A DNA stretch of 64,000 nt from Rhizophagus irregularis (Eukaryota): assembly GCF_026210795.1 (NCBI RefSeq), contig NC_089431.1, positions 3,720,001 through 3,784,000 of the forward strand, read 5' to 3'. This document shows, one piece after another, positions 1 through 13,195 of the stretch. Every line of letters starts with the position of its first letter. Position 1 is the stretch's first letter. Made by a program: the position numbers and the translations under genes. A model generated the notes under the pieces. It searched no databases. It was not told the DNA's origin and saw nothing but the letters and a program-made list of their open reading frames with translations.

Positions 1-407
1 AAATTATCATAATTTTTCAAAGATGGTTCTCCGCCATAAATATACCTAAAAAAAAAATAAGATTAATAAAAATATATAGAAATATAAATTCAATATATTT
101 ATAAAACGCATAAATAATAAATTTGTTAAATTTATTTTATTATTCACTACCTTAAAATTGTTTGAAAAATTTCAGGTGAAATATTTGGTAATTTAATGTG
201 TACCAAAGTTCCATCATTTTTCTTTTTATTAGTTGACAAAATTCTTCGCAAATAAGAAGAACGATAATTCAATATAACCATATGTGAACGAAATATTTTT
301 ACGTAAGGATCATTTCCAACTTCAATAGTAATATCATAATATTCGTCATCATCTAAAATATCGAGTAAATTTTGTGATAATTTTTGTAATAATTTATTAT
401 CATCCAT
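1..407 (-). CDS. BTB/POZ-BACK protein, 5' part (exon 1 407-151, exon 2 from 45 runs off the window)
   Basis: MDDNKLLQKLSQNLLDILDDDEYYDITIEVGNDPYVKIFRSHMVILNYRS is a BTB motif; GT-AG intron 150-46 splits an Arg codon before YIYGG; near-identical to the gene starting at 9721. Confidence 0.85.
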
Positions 408-1039
408 TTTTTTTTTAAAAAAAAAAAAAAGTTGTCGCAAGAGAAAAAGAAAACTTGCCTTATATGTAAATTTTATGTTACTCAATTTTGGTGTGAAAAT
501 CGGAAAAAAGGTTTTCCTTTTTTTTTTGTAGTACATTAAATCGCATTTTTTTAATGAGAATATCTTTTCTTTTTTTAGATAATGCCGACCAGAGTGGCAT
601 TATGCATCTCCGACCAGAATTAAGATGCGTAAAGCTACTAATAGTAAATGTGCGCCGATCACTTGTTACCATTTGCTCGGGAAATCCTGTAAAAAATAAT
701 GCCTAAAATCCATAAATAAATATATAAATTAGCCAATAGTAATTATGATCTGTGTTTATAAAAAAAAGATCATAATTTCTATTGGCTATTTATTTAGAAT
801 TTTTAACCATGCTAGGATTGAGATTAGAACTATTAAACATCAATAAATAAATAAATCATGATCACGTCCCTGGCCCTTGACCATAGGGTCTCTGGTCCAT
901 GAGCAAAGATTTGTAATTTTGTATACAATGCAACGTACATAACAATCAAAGTTGTCGATGAGACAGAATATGCAGTTTTATCACGTGCTATAACTAATGA
1001 TGCTGTTTTGTTAAAATAGTAGAAAATTCTAAAGTGATT

Positions 1040-1290
1040 TATTTTATAGAAGAGGAACTATTAAAGTTTCCTTACATGATAAGATAATCATAGGATATTA
1101 AAAATTCCTTAAATCATTTGAAAAGTTTCATGGCAGGTAATATATTTATTTAATAACTAATTTGTACCAAAATTTCTCTTTATTATCAATTGATAAAATT
1201 ATATAATAATTTTTAATGGTTAATAGTAATATCGAGTAATATCACAATATTTGTTGCCATAAATTTAAAGTGAATCTTTTTATCATTTAT
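1040..1290 (-). pseudogene. Highly decayed BTB remnant
   Basis: Residual similarity to BTB exon 1 (taatttgtaccaaaatttctc; gtaatatcacaatatt); counterpart at about 10010-10600. Confidence 0.45.
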
Positions 1291-1779
1291 TTATATTAGG
1301 ATTAATACTAAGAGTGATTAAAAAATGTCGTAAAGGAACTAAGTATTATATACAGAAATTTGATGTTACATAGAATTAAAGCATAAGCATTTACTACCAT
1401 TTCTAGAGAAAACGCTTTTTTCCGTATTTTTTATTCTTTCGTGTAGAACAAATCACAAACTTATCAAGAAAGAACATTTTCGATTCAAAGTCTGATCTTC
1501 TATCTTGTCTCGACTTATAGCATAACTTTAAATTAACTATTTTTTTACCACTTTATTTTTAGCAGGCACCATTACATCTTTAGCTTTATTTATATTTTAT
1601 TTTTGAGAATTGACATTAGAAGTTGAAGGTCCTGGATAACATGGCGTAGAAGGAGACGGGAATAGGGGAAGTGACCGAACAACGAGTTTTTTTTAGCCAT
1701 ACGGGGCATTGATTTATGATTTAGCCTGCCATCAGGATGTAAATTTAAAAGGAATTCGCTTCCTATAGGGTAGAAAACT

Positions 1780-2013
1780 AGGACCCAGAAATATATATAA
1801 AAGGGTCAGGTTTGAGTTTGCGTATTTTGAACTAAAAAAATCATGAAAATCTTTCCTTTTTTAGATAATTTCTGATAATGCCGGTCAGAATTTTATTTCC
1901 TCTTATAGTATCTGACTGACATTATCATAATTCTGGCCCTGAAAAAATGCGTACAGCTCATAGTAAAAAATTTTTTTCATCACCTGACCCCTATATATAT
2001 ATTTCTGGGTCCT
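1780..2013. mobile_element. MITE with AGGACCC...GGGTCCT ends and 8-10 bp TSD
   Basis: About 30-bp TIR; flanking direct repeat (t)agaaaact(a); inserted in BTB pseudogene exon 2; second copy at 12983-13195. Confidence 0.85.
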
Positions 2014-2567
2014 AGAAAACTATCCAAAAATTATTTAGAAGTTAAATTATAAAATCGTACAAAAGGAGTTCATTGTTGTAAGGTATTTTTTAAAGAATTA
2101 AAATCATCTTTTGAATAATGAGAGGGATCCAAAGAAAGCTCAGGATTTCGGGCAAGTCCCCATTTAAGAGTATTCTCCCATACTTTAATTTCATTCACTT
2201 AAAGATTATCTCTTTGAATAAGCGAGATCAAAATTTTTTCTGGAATTGAAGAGAAATCTAATGATTTGAATATCTTATCTGGGTTTTTGGAAATTAAATC
2301 AGTGCAATACTTTTGAAGTATAAAGAGAAAATCATTTTCAAAACTTGTTTGGTATATCAAAATAAAATTTTGTTCCTTTTGTAATTAATCAAAAAAGATT
2401 GTGTATAGATAACCAACTCCTGAAGTTTAATTCACTAGCAGCAACCATGATTTTAATGATATTTAAATCATCAATTTTTCAAAGATGGTATTCCACCTAA
2501 AAAAAAATTAATGACAGATAATTATTTACCGATTAAAAAATTTAAAAAGAAATATGAATTCAGTATA

Positions 2568-2763
2568 CAGTTTACCCTCACTATAGCGAATCTCATGATG
2601 GGCTGGAGATTAAAATTTGTTATAGTGAGAATTTACTATACTCAGTATACTGAGGGTCATTTAATTATTTTATTATATGTAAAAAAAAAACCTGTACCTG
2701 AACTTTTCTTCATTATAGCAAGTTATTCACTATATAAAAATTCGCTATAGAGAGGGTGAACTG
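2568..2763. mobile_element. Tc1/pogo-type MITE
   Basis: TIR cagtttaccctcactatagcgaat / attcgctatagagagggtgaactg, TA on both sides. Confidence 0.8.
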
Positions 2764-2821
2764 TACTGTATTTATAAAATTCATAAATAATAAATTTGCC
2801 AAATTTATTTTATTATTCTCT

Positions 2822-3677
2822 CATATGGGCGGATTTGATTCACAGGATAAAATTGCTTTATTGCCTCATTGGTCCTTTTGCGTAATACTAAACTGATCAG
2901 CAAACATCAATTGAAAAATTTTTTTTTTTTGAACTTGCCAACGTTAAAAAAAAAATATTTTAAAAAAAAACCGTGTTTTAACCTATCCGACATAGTTACA
3001 ACCCATCTGACTTAAGGTATGTCAGTCTGTGAGTTGTATGAATATTTAGTGCTGGAGTTTTTTTTTATTCTATTGGCTAGTTTTCTATTTCTTTTTTTTT
3101 TTCTTTTTACCTTTTAGATCTAAGAAGTTTTTTAAATAATATTGTTCTAAATTCTCCCTTTTTGCTTATATAGGTTCATTTGAGAAGACTTATTGTAAAG
3201 ATATCTTGAAAGTGAATTTTTGAAAAGAGTTTAGGTGGTTATCTTTGTATTTCACTATTTTTTTGTCACAAGTGTTGAGTGTTCAAAATGTTTTATGTTT
3301 CTTATTATACTTAAATTTAAAGTATTATAAATACTGTAATAGATTAAATTTATAATTTAAAGATCAATTTTTTAGTTTTAACTTGAGACTTGTATACTAC
3401 TTGTGTACTTTTTAAAATTAGAAATTAAATTAAAAAGAAGCGAAAGTAAAAAAAAAATTTTATTGAAGTGGCTTAGTGTTATCATATGATGTTACACTGA
3501 TCTACATATCATAAATCTGGCCAAAATTATGTTAATTCTGGCCAAAATTAAAATCGTATCAAAATTGATTTTTTTTAATCACACATCTTTATGGATATTG
3601 TGCAATGCATCCTCAACTTTGCTGCATAATGCGAAAAATTCAGCATATTTAGGTGATGAAACAAATCCACCGATATG
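2822..3677. mobile_element. Non-autonomous hAT-like element in the pseudogene intron
   Basis: TIR catatgggcggatttg / caaatccaccgatatg; 8-bp flanks tattctct / tagtctct (1 mismatch). Confidence 0.7.
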
Positions 3678-3814
3678 TAGTCTCTAGCTACCTTAAAATT
3701 GCTTGAAAAATTGCAGATGAAATATTTGGCAATTTAATTTGCACCAAATCCCATTATTTTTCTTTTTATTAACTGACAAAATTCTTTGCATGGTAATTTA
3801 AAATGACATATGGT

Positions 3815-4257
3815 CAAAGATGGTCAATGGTCCTACTCATAGGACTAAACCACGGTTCTGATTATTTGTGGCGCAGTAGAACCATTTTGGGGACCAACCT
3901 AGTAAGACCATAAATTTTTTTTTTTTATTATTACTCTAGTAAATGTTTCTTGTATTAAACAAAAAAAAATAATATACTTATGCTATATACTAAGAAAGTA
4001 GTACCTACTGACTATTTTTTTTTTATATTTTTAATTTCTTTATTTTAGATTTCTTTATAGTCACATTCTTACTACCTAAAAAATGTTATTAAAAAAATAA
4101 ATAAGTATTAATAATATTGATCAGTCTTTTGAAGACTGCGGTCCTAAAAAAGACCATCGGTCTTGTTGATCCATCAGAACCGCAAAAGACTGCAGTCTTA
4201 CGCGGTCCATGTAGGACCAGAGAGACCAATGGTCTTTAGGACCGATGACCATCTTTA
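3815..4257. mobile_element. hAT-like MITE with GGTCC/GGACC subterminal repeats
   Basis: TIR caaagatggtcaatggtcct / aggaccgatgaccatcttta; flanks catatggt / catattgt. Confidence 0.75.
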
Positions 4258-4772
4258 CATATTGTTACTATCGATTTGCGTCGGGGTCACGTGATAGTAA
4301 CAGAAATTCGTGTCACGTTTATCGTAAAATAAAATGAAATAAAGTATATATGTAAAATTAAGAGTTATATGTATGATTTTAAAGTGTATATTTATTCAAT
4401 GTAAATAATAACTTAAAATAATCAAGCAATACAATAAATAAATGCTAATACATAATAAATTTCATAAATAATATCAGAATAGAATATTGCTGCCTCTGCC
4501 GGCGATCTGCAACATTACCGAATAAACTATACTAAAATTTAACACTAAATAAACCTTAATTATCCCCTATCCCCCACTGTTCGCCCGCTCTATATATACT
4601 GTTCGAAAATTCGGTATAAATTATACTACGTATAAGTTAAACTTCGTATAAATTATACCAAGTATAAATTACACTTAGTATAAACTATACAAAGTATAAG
4701 TTACACCGTTACACTGCGGATCGCTGCTAATTTCTTGAACTTTCCATGTGGCGCAGATCGCGTAACAATATG
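4258..4772. mobile_element. TIR element (CATATTGTTAC...GTAACAATATG) with internal gtataa(a/g)tta microrepeats
   Basis: Imperfect TIR of about 22 bp; tandem 15-22-bp units at 4614-4705; no clear TSD. Confidence 0.6.
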
Positions 4773-6229
4773 GTGCTGGAAGTCTATACTCAACAATAAA
4801 AATGTAACACCTAAAAATCTTTCAACTCCTTAAAAAAAATACAATTTAGAAAAAATAAACTGGTAACTTTATTCTTTGAGGTAAGCTCTATTAAATTACC
4901 AGTCAGATTTTTAAAAGAAGATCTACATAAAAAGTTATAAGCATTTGAAATTGCATGATTTTCATATGATTGGTCAAATTTGAAACAAAATATGTTGGCC
5001 AGAATTTATGATTTGGGCCAACTTCATGCATTGTGATAATGCCAGCCTGAATTATCATAATATGAATCAAATGTAATTCTTTTAAAAAAAAAAATTTTTA
5101 TCAATATATGACTTTTATGAAATGGTAGTTGTAATTTTATTCTGAAATCTACTTTTTCTTATGTTTTATCTTTTTTGTAATAAAAAATTTTCAAAAACCA
5201 CATTTTATTAGTACTTTACACAAGAATTCTGGCTTTTTATTGGCTGAATTCTGGATCATGTGATATAAAATCGGCTCAGAATTCGTCATAATTATCTAAA
5301 ATCTTAAGTAAATTTTGTAATAATTTTGCAATAGATCATTATTATCCATTTTTTTTTTAAAAAAAAAATAATCTTAAATGTAAAATTTAATGTTTCTCAA
5401 TAGACCTGTTCAATTCTGATAGATTGGATTTTAATCAGGTTTTAGGTTGACAAGTATTGGATTTTGCCAAACAAAAAATAAGTGACATTTTTTGATCATA
5501 AGCAAAATCAAAACGGGTTAATTGGTTATTGTTGTTGATCACTGATCTACTTACTTAACTGTATCATCCGGCTTTCAGATTAAATTGGACAAATCCATCC
5601 CTAAATACAAAAATTATAAATGTACAAGTGGTTTTGTAATTTAATAACGTGAAATTTGATTTCATTAATTTCATTAAAAAAAAAAATAAATAAATTTTAC
5701 AGGAATATTTTATAATTGATTAATCATGATAACTTGATCGATCAAATTATTGATCAACCTTTAGTATCATAATATCAAAAAAACATTCTAATAGATTTAA
5801 AAAATCATCAGTTTTTATTACTATAGTAAAACCCGTAAAAATATTTTAATATTAAATAATAATTAAAAACTTTTTCATATACCAGATACCATAACATATA
5901 AATGATCCAATTAACGCCTCGCTAGCTTATTATGTTTTAATTATAAGTAAATGATTGTTAAATAAGTAAATTAAAGAATTTGTTTGTATTATAAAAACTA
6001 TATAAATCAATTTTATTACTAGGTATAGAAATTTACAGTTATGCTGCTTATCATGAAGAATTTTATCACAGATATAGATGAATTAACAGTTAATTCACCT
6101 GTAAATATTTTTTTAATTGAAGTTTATCATAAAGTAAATATTACTTTTATTTAACAATTCAAAGTAAGCTTAATTTATCTTTTTATTGTTTGGATTGATA
6201 GTTTGATACAATTATTTATTTTAGTTAAA

Positions 6230-6336
6230 CCTTATAAAAAATTTTTCAGAAAAATGATCATGTGTCCGAGTTTCTTCAGAATAAAAACTAGAAAGTGATC
6301 ATTTATTGGAGTTTTTCCAGAATTTTTTTTTATGGA
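6230..6336. repeat. Short dispersed MITE-like repeat (CCTATAAAAAA...TTTTTTATAGG family)
   Basis: Similar to 32794-32902; related ends at 46903-47089. Confidence 0.6.
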
Positions 6337-6577
6337 GAAAAGGATTAAAATCAAAAATACTTGAGACTCAAATCATCATAATTAAAAAAAACTGTTTTTC
6401 TTTTATGCTTTATTTCTGAATCCCATTAACTAGGAAAAAGGTGCTGCATTATCCCATAAACTAAAAATTTTAAGCATCTCACTACTTCATGAGCTAGGAG
6501 CTTTAAATTATCTTACACACATAAAAAAGAAAAACTTTTCACCACTCCAGAATATGAATTTTTTCAATATCGTGCTA

Positions 6578-6777
6578 CAGTGACACCTCTCTAAGTGCAC
6601 CCTCCTTGGGACCATAGTAAAAAAATAGTAGAATGTGCACTTAGAGAGGGTGTGCATTTATAGAGAGTAAAATATTAAGAGCTCTTATAAGTTGGGACCA
6701 GGTCCACCGTGCACTTAAAGAGAATTTATATAGTACGTGCACTTATAGAGGGTGCACTTATTATAGAGGTGTCACTG
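6578..6777. mobile_element. Tc1/pogo-type MITE
   Basis: TIR cagtgacacctct / agaggtgtcactg, TA TSD, internal gtgcactta repeats. Confidence 0.85.
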
Positions 6778-7214
6778 TATTCATGTAGCAAAATATGCAT
6801 ATGAAATATTATCAGACAGGGAAGATGTCATATAATTTTTGAACACTATAATAAAATTTTTAGTTTAGCATGTCCTTTAAATATATAATATATGTATAAA
6901 GTTTAAATTTAATCAATAACGATTTTCAAATTTTAATTCTGGCCAAATTCATAATGCCGGCCTAAATTTAAATAAATTTGAAGAAATACAGGTCAATGAA
7001 TATTATATTTTATATACAATATAATACTTTGATTTAAAAAGTAAAATAAACTTATTGGCCATCCCTACAATTTCATTAAAAAAAAATCATTATTCAAACT
7101 GAGTTATCAAGAAGGATCTTCATTTGAAATTAACGTTTTAAAAACTTATACCATTATGTAAAATGTTAATACCTTCATGTATATTAAATTAAAAAATTAC
7201 AATATTTAATACAC

Positions 7215-7590
7215 AGATAGATTCGATCCTGCTGAACAACTTTTACTAATGCACAAAGGCGATTGTCATATAACCAATGTACTCAAATTATGCTCTAAAG
7301 TTACAAAAAAATAGAAACATAAATAATAAATGTTAGTTGCTCTATACATACCAATTAAATTCTTATGAAATTTAAATTGCATGTAGATTTCCTCGCTGAG
7401 CAACTTTTACTTAATACACAAAGGTAATTTGTCTTATAATCAAAATGCCTAAACAGAAAAAATAATAAATTTAAAGTTATTATTTCATATAAGTTATCAA
7501 ACATTAAATGGAATATAATAGATACAAGTAGTTTTAGCTCTGTTGAACAATTTTTATTTAATATATAAGAGTGATATGCTTATGTCAAAA
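7215..7590. repeat. Degenerate tandem repeat, 3 units of about 145-165 bp
   Basis: Recurring gctga(a/g)caacttttact-aat-cacaaagg motif near 7230, 7395 and 7540. Confidence 0.55.
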
Positions 7591-8119
7591 ATACTAAAAC
7601 TGAACTTTAAAAAATTTTACATATATTAAGAACATTATAAATTTTTGATTTTTTAAAGGCTTACAAAATCTATCTAAATAACCAACATCAGAAGCTTAGA
7701 AATACTTTCTTCTCTCGTAAAATTGCATATATTTCTATTGTTAAAACTACATTTTCTTTCCTACCTTTAAAAGAATCTTAAAAAAAGTATGTTTTTTTAA
7801 ATAAACTTTATATATATGTGAAAAAAAATTTTTAATAGTAAAAACGAAAAAATAATTTAAAAAACTGATAGAGCACATGATAATTTATTAAATTACTTTA
7901 TTTAGCATTTAGTACAGCACAGAATATTAAAATTGATGGTTAATTATAAAATGAAGTAACCTAATTAAGGTTACACAAAATTCTTTATACCTGTCTGCTG
8001 TTATGAAATGATTACAAACATTATCAATCAGCATTTCCATGGTAGACTTGAAGGGAATTTCATTCCATGAAGTTGGCATTTTGGACTTTACGACCTTACT
8101 CCATGAACTGCTCCTTGAA

Positions 8120-9721
8120 CTATTTTCTTTTGAACCAGTCATCGTCATCTGATGAAATTGGATTTAGGTTGGACTTTGCGACCTTACTCCATGAACTGCT
8201 CCTTGAATTGTTATCGTCCAATAAAATGGACTTTGGTTTGGACCAGCCATCCAATGAAATTGGACTTAAGTTGGACTTTGCGACCTTATTCCATGAACTG
8301 CTCCTTGAACTGTTATCATCCAATAAAATGGACTTTGGTTTGGACCAGCCATCCGATGAAATTGGACTTGGATTGTTTGCGATCTTATTCCATGAACTGC
8401 TCCTTGAACTGTTATCATCCAATAAAATTGATGAAATTGGCCTTGGGTTGGACTTTTCATCCGATGAAGTTGGCCTTGGGTTGGACTTTGCGACCTTACT
8501 CCATGAACGATTCCATGGGTTGGGCCTTTCATTCAATGAAATTGGTTTTGGGTTGGTCCTCCATTCATCAATGTGACCTAATGAAACGGGCTTTCTATTA
8601 TCCCATGAAAAGGTTGAGTTTTCAATCTTAAAAGTAAATTAACAAAAATAAGTAATTCATTCATAATTTTAAATTAAACAAAAATGTTATTATACCTTTC
8701 TTTCATCATCAATAGTTGTAGAAGTTGGTGTCCCTTCTTTAGCTATACGGGGCTTTGATTTATGATTGACCTTGCTATCAGGATGTAAATTTAAAAAGTT
8801 TCTTAATAAATCCGTAAATAATTCCTCTGGTAGAATTTCCTTATAAGGTAGAATATTATCTGAAAATTCTTTAGAAGTTAAATTATAGAATCGTATAAAA
8901 GGAATACATTGTTGTAAAGTATTTTTTAAAGAATTAAAATCATCTTTTGAATAATTAGAGGGATCTGAAGAAAGCTCAGGATTTTGTGCAAGACCCCATT
9001 TAAGAACATTCTCCCATACTTTAATTTCATTCATTTTAAGATCATCAATTTGAATAAGTGAGATCAAAATTTTTTCTGGAATTGAAAAGAAATCTAATGA
9101 CTTGAATATCTTATCTGGGTTTTTGGACATTAAATCAGTACAAAACTTTTGAAGCTCCAAGAAAGAATCATTTTCAAAACTTGTTTGATATACCAAACTA
9201 AAATTTTGTTCCATCCAGTCTGCTTTGTAATTAATCAAAAAAGATTGTGTATAGATAACCAGTTCCTGAAGGTTCATTTCACTAGCAGCGACCATGATTT
9301 TAATGATATCTAAATTATCATAATTTTTCAAAGATGGTTCTCCGCCATAAATATACCTAAAAAAAAAATTAATAATCATTTATGATTAAAAAAAGTATAA
9401 ATCCAATATATTTATAAACGCATAAATAATAAAATTTGTTAAATTTATTTTATTATTTTTTTACCTTAAAATTATTTGAAAAATTTCAGGTGAAATATTT
9501 GGTAATTTAATTTGTACCAAAGTCCCATCATTTTTCTTTTTATTAGTTGACAAAATTCTTCGCAAATAAGAAGAACGATAATTTAAAATGACTATATGTG
9601 AACGAAATATTTTTACGTAAGGATCATTTCCAACTTCAATAGTAATATCACAATATTCGTCATCATCTAAAATATCGAGTAAATTTTGTGATAATTTTTG
9701 TAATAATTTATTATCATCCAT
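8120..9721 (-). CDS. BTB-BACK protein with Ser/Trp tandem-repeat C-terminal exon (exons 9721-9465, 9356-8696, 8626-8120)
   Basis: GT-AG junctions keep frame; exon 3 encodes 33-34-aa repeats SILLDDNSSRSSSWNKVAKSNLSPISxDGWSKPK; probable frameshift near 8135 (repeat continues in ORF 7927-8148). Confidence 0.8.
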
Positions 9722-10009
9722 TTTTTTTTTTAAAAAAAAAAAAGTTGTCGAGAGAGAAAAGAAAATTGACACCTTATATGTAAATTTAATTAAATTTAAT
9801 GTTACTCAAAATTTGTCTGTAAATCGGAAAAAAGTTTCCCCTTTTATTATAGTACGAACTTTAAGGATGATCCGATACGAACTAATTTTTCATATTCATT
9901 TGAAATACAAATACAGACAGAAGTCACAGAACAAATTTAAAATAAATCATGGCTTCATCACGTGATTAACGATTTGTGATTCGATAGGAGAAAATTCTAT
10001 AATAATTTT

Positions 10010-10600
10010 TTATATAAAAGAGAACTATTAAAGTTTCCTTTCAATGAATCAGATAATCAAAGAAATTTATATAAAGGTATTAAAAATTCCCGTTAGCTAA
10101 CGCAATTTATTAATTTATTAAATTACGTCATTCAGAGATAATTTCAAAATTATCAAATGTGCGTTGGATAATACTTGACGTTAAAATATCGCTTGTTTGA
10201 TACATCAAATTATACTTTACTCTATCTTTTAGTCAAAAAGGATTATATAGTATATAACTAAACAATTCCTGAAGGTTTAGTTTATCATCAGCAAACAAGA
10301 TATTTAAATTTTTAAACGATATATAAACTATCTTAATATTTCTAAGATAGCTTTCCTCCATGAATATATCTAAAAATAAAAGTCGCAGTTGAAACATAAA
10401 ATTTATAAGACAACAAATTATATTCACAAATTTTATTTATTTTAAAATTATTTAAAAAGTTTTACGGCAGTTAATCTACTTAGTAATTAATTTGTACCAA
10501 AATTTCTCTTTATTAATTGATAAAATTCTCGCACGAAATATTTAATTAATATTCGTCATCATAAATTTTAAGTATTTTGTGATAAAGTTTTTATATTAGA
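10010..10600 (-). pseudogene. Decayed BTB-BACK remnant
   Basis: ORF fragment ADDKLNLQEL matches AASELNLQEL; remains of both exons. Confidence 0.55.
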
Positions 10601-10820
10601 TTAATGTAAAGTGTATGTCACCGAATTTGTTTTACATAAAAGCATTTACTACTATTTATCGAGGAACCACTTTTTTTTTATTCTTTCGTATAAATAAAAA
10701 TAATAAAAATTAAAAATATTTAAATACAAAAAATATAATCCTTTTTTAAAAATTTAATTTGCAAATATTTATAATACAAATTTTAGTAGACATAATTCCT
10801 ACATTATATAAAACTGATGG

Positions 10821-12844
10821 CTAATCGGCATCTTTTACCATAATATCACACCAGACTTTGGATCCAAATTGATTGTCCGTACCGTCTGACAATTTCCAGT
10901 ATCTGTAAAAAGTTAAAAATAATATTAATATAAGCTTATGAATTATTGGTCCATTAGCTAATATTATTTTATTATAAGCGTCTAACACCCCTAAAATATT
11001 AGCTAGTATATGGTACTGCCCTTAGAAAATAGTTAATATTATACTGACGAAACGTGTTTTCCATGGTCAGAAGGCGCTTGGAGAGCAACAGAGATATCCA
11101 CACTTTTACCAACTTCAACAGATCCAATGCGGATTCTTGGCGTTATATTGAACTCGAACATACGATCTCCGTCAATGCAACGTAGTACTGTTTCATCAGG
11201 CCACTAACGTTTAAAAAATATCAAATATTAATTGATATAAATGTAATTAAATTAGAAAGTTACATCTACTTACAGGGAAACGGCCGTTATTAGACAGTTT
11301 CCAGGTCTTTTCAAATTTAGCCTGTGGTGCGAGAATTGTTCCATCTTGTATGTTTACATCTTCAATAAATTGCGAATCAAATAACTTCGGAGCTGTTAGT
11401 TGTTTAAGAAAAAAATTAATAAGCTTAATGTCGAATGCTTCATAAATTTCAAATAACATAAATCAAACTTAACTAATATCTTGTTTAAACTAAGAATTTT
11501 CAAAGTGAAAAAAAAAATAGAATTAATTCAAATATTATTGCAACATAATTTCTTGTATTTGTTGATAAATTTACCTTTTTAAACATAATTTCAAATAAAA
11601 ATAAAAAAGAATAAATAAAATAATAAGCAATTTATAATTTCATAATTTAATGTAAAATAATTTCTCAATAAAATTTAAATTATATCGTTACCCCTCTTCC
11701 TCTTATATGGTTGAGTTCGTTAGGTTTATTAGAAGATGCTTTCTCTTCGTTACAATTTTGATTCTTAGGTAATAGTTGTATCCGAGTAGATAAAGGATCA
11801 GTTACTTCTTTAACCTTATTTATATTTTGTTCCTGAGAATTGACTTTAAAAGTTGAAGGTCCTGAATAACATGGCGTGGAAGGAGACGGAAGAGAGAAAG
11901 TGACAGTTTTTTTAGTCATACACGGTTTTGATTTATGATTTAGTCTGCTATCAGGATGTAAATTTAAAAAGCCTTTTAATAGATTCATATATAACTCGTC
12001 TGGTAGGATTTCTTTGTAAGGTACTATATTATCCCAAAATTCTTTAGAAGTTAACCTATCAATCTTAATAAAAGGAATGAGTTGTTGCAAAGTATTTTTT
12101 AATATATTGAAATCATCTTTTGAAAAGGTTGAAGGATCAGTAGGAAGTTCAGGATTTTGCGCAAGACCCCATTTAAGAACATTTTTCCATACTTGAATTT
12201 CACTCATTTGAAGATTATTACTTTGAACAAGTGAGATCACAAGTTTTTCCGGAGCTGAAGAAGGATCAAGTAACTCAAATATTTTATCTGGAATTCTGGA
12301 TATTAAATCATTGCAATACTCTTGAAGTTCCAAGAACGGTCCATGTTCAAAACTTGTTTTATATATCAAATTAAAATTTTGTTCCATCCAGTTGGCTTTG
12401 GTTTCAATCAAAAAGGTTTGTAAATAGGCGATCAATTCATGAAGATTCAATTCGCCGGCGGCAACCAAGATTTTAACAATATCTGAAGTATCGTAATCTT
12501 CAAAAGATAGTTTCCCTCCATAAATATATCTAATAAAAATAAAAATCATTCACGATTAAAAAAAAAAATCGATATATTTTTAAAACGTTAAATTTATCTT
12601 ACTTTAAAATTATTTTAAAGATTCCAGGTAAAATATTTGGTAATTTAATATGTACCAAGTTTTCATCACTTTTCTTTTTATTTTTTGACAAAATTCTTCG
12701 TAAAGAAGTAGAACGATAATTCAATATAACCATGTGAGCACGGAACATCTCATCACCAACTTCAATAACAATATCGTAATATTCTTCATCATCCAATATT
12801 CTAAGAAAATTTTGCGATAATCCTTGCATAAATACATCATCCAT
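10821..12844 (-). CDS. BTB-BACK + NBR1-type FW (Ig-like) domain protein
   Basis: Exons 12844-12603, 12529-11692, putative micro-exon 11489-11474, 11392-11274, 11203-11049, 10902-10821. C-terminus FIEDVNIQDGTILAPQAKFEKTWKLSNNGRFPWPDETVL...LQAPSDHGKHVSYWKLSDGTDNQFGSKVWCDIMV has all four Trp of the FW domain. Confidence 0.8.
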
Positions 12845-12982
12845 TTTTTTTTTATAATATAATTGTTATAAAAGACGATTTTTATGAAAGAAAATATGAT
12901 GAAACGAAGATGCGTTTATATACCGTAGAAAAATTTGGTTAGTTTAAATTTGATCATCAACAAAAGCATTTATTCTTTTGGA

Positions 12983-13195
12983 AGGACCCCGAAATATACA
13001 TAAAAGGGTCAGGTCAGAGTTTGCGTATAATGAGTCAAAAAAATCATGTAGATCATTCTTTTTATGGATAATCCCAGCCAAAACAATATTTCCTAATTTA
13101 GATAATAACTGAAATTATCGTAATTCCGGCCCTGAAAGAATGCGTATTTTAGACCACTTCTGGACCTGACCTCTACATATATATTTCGGGGTCCT
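12983..13195. mobile_element. MITE, same family as 1780-2013
   Basis: TIR aggaccccgaaatata / tatatttcggggtcct; TSD (t)cttttgga. Confidence 0.85.

Larger units (their letters stand above)
1560..5349 (-). pseudogene. BTB-BACK pseudogene broken up by several transposon insertions
   Basis: Exon-1 pieces at about 5280-5349 and 3691-3806, exon-2 pieces at about 1560-2500; they align to the intact paralogues with indels and stops. Confidence 0.8.

Noticed and set aside
8067..8631. Plus-strand ORFs of 169 and 159 aa with LxxLL-like repeats
   Set aside because: Shadows of the in-frame tandem repeat; the minus frame splices cleanly onto the BTB gene
11570..11582. AG|GTAAAT site as a recursive splice point or extra exon
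   Set aside because: Not needed for frame and unsupported without transcripts
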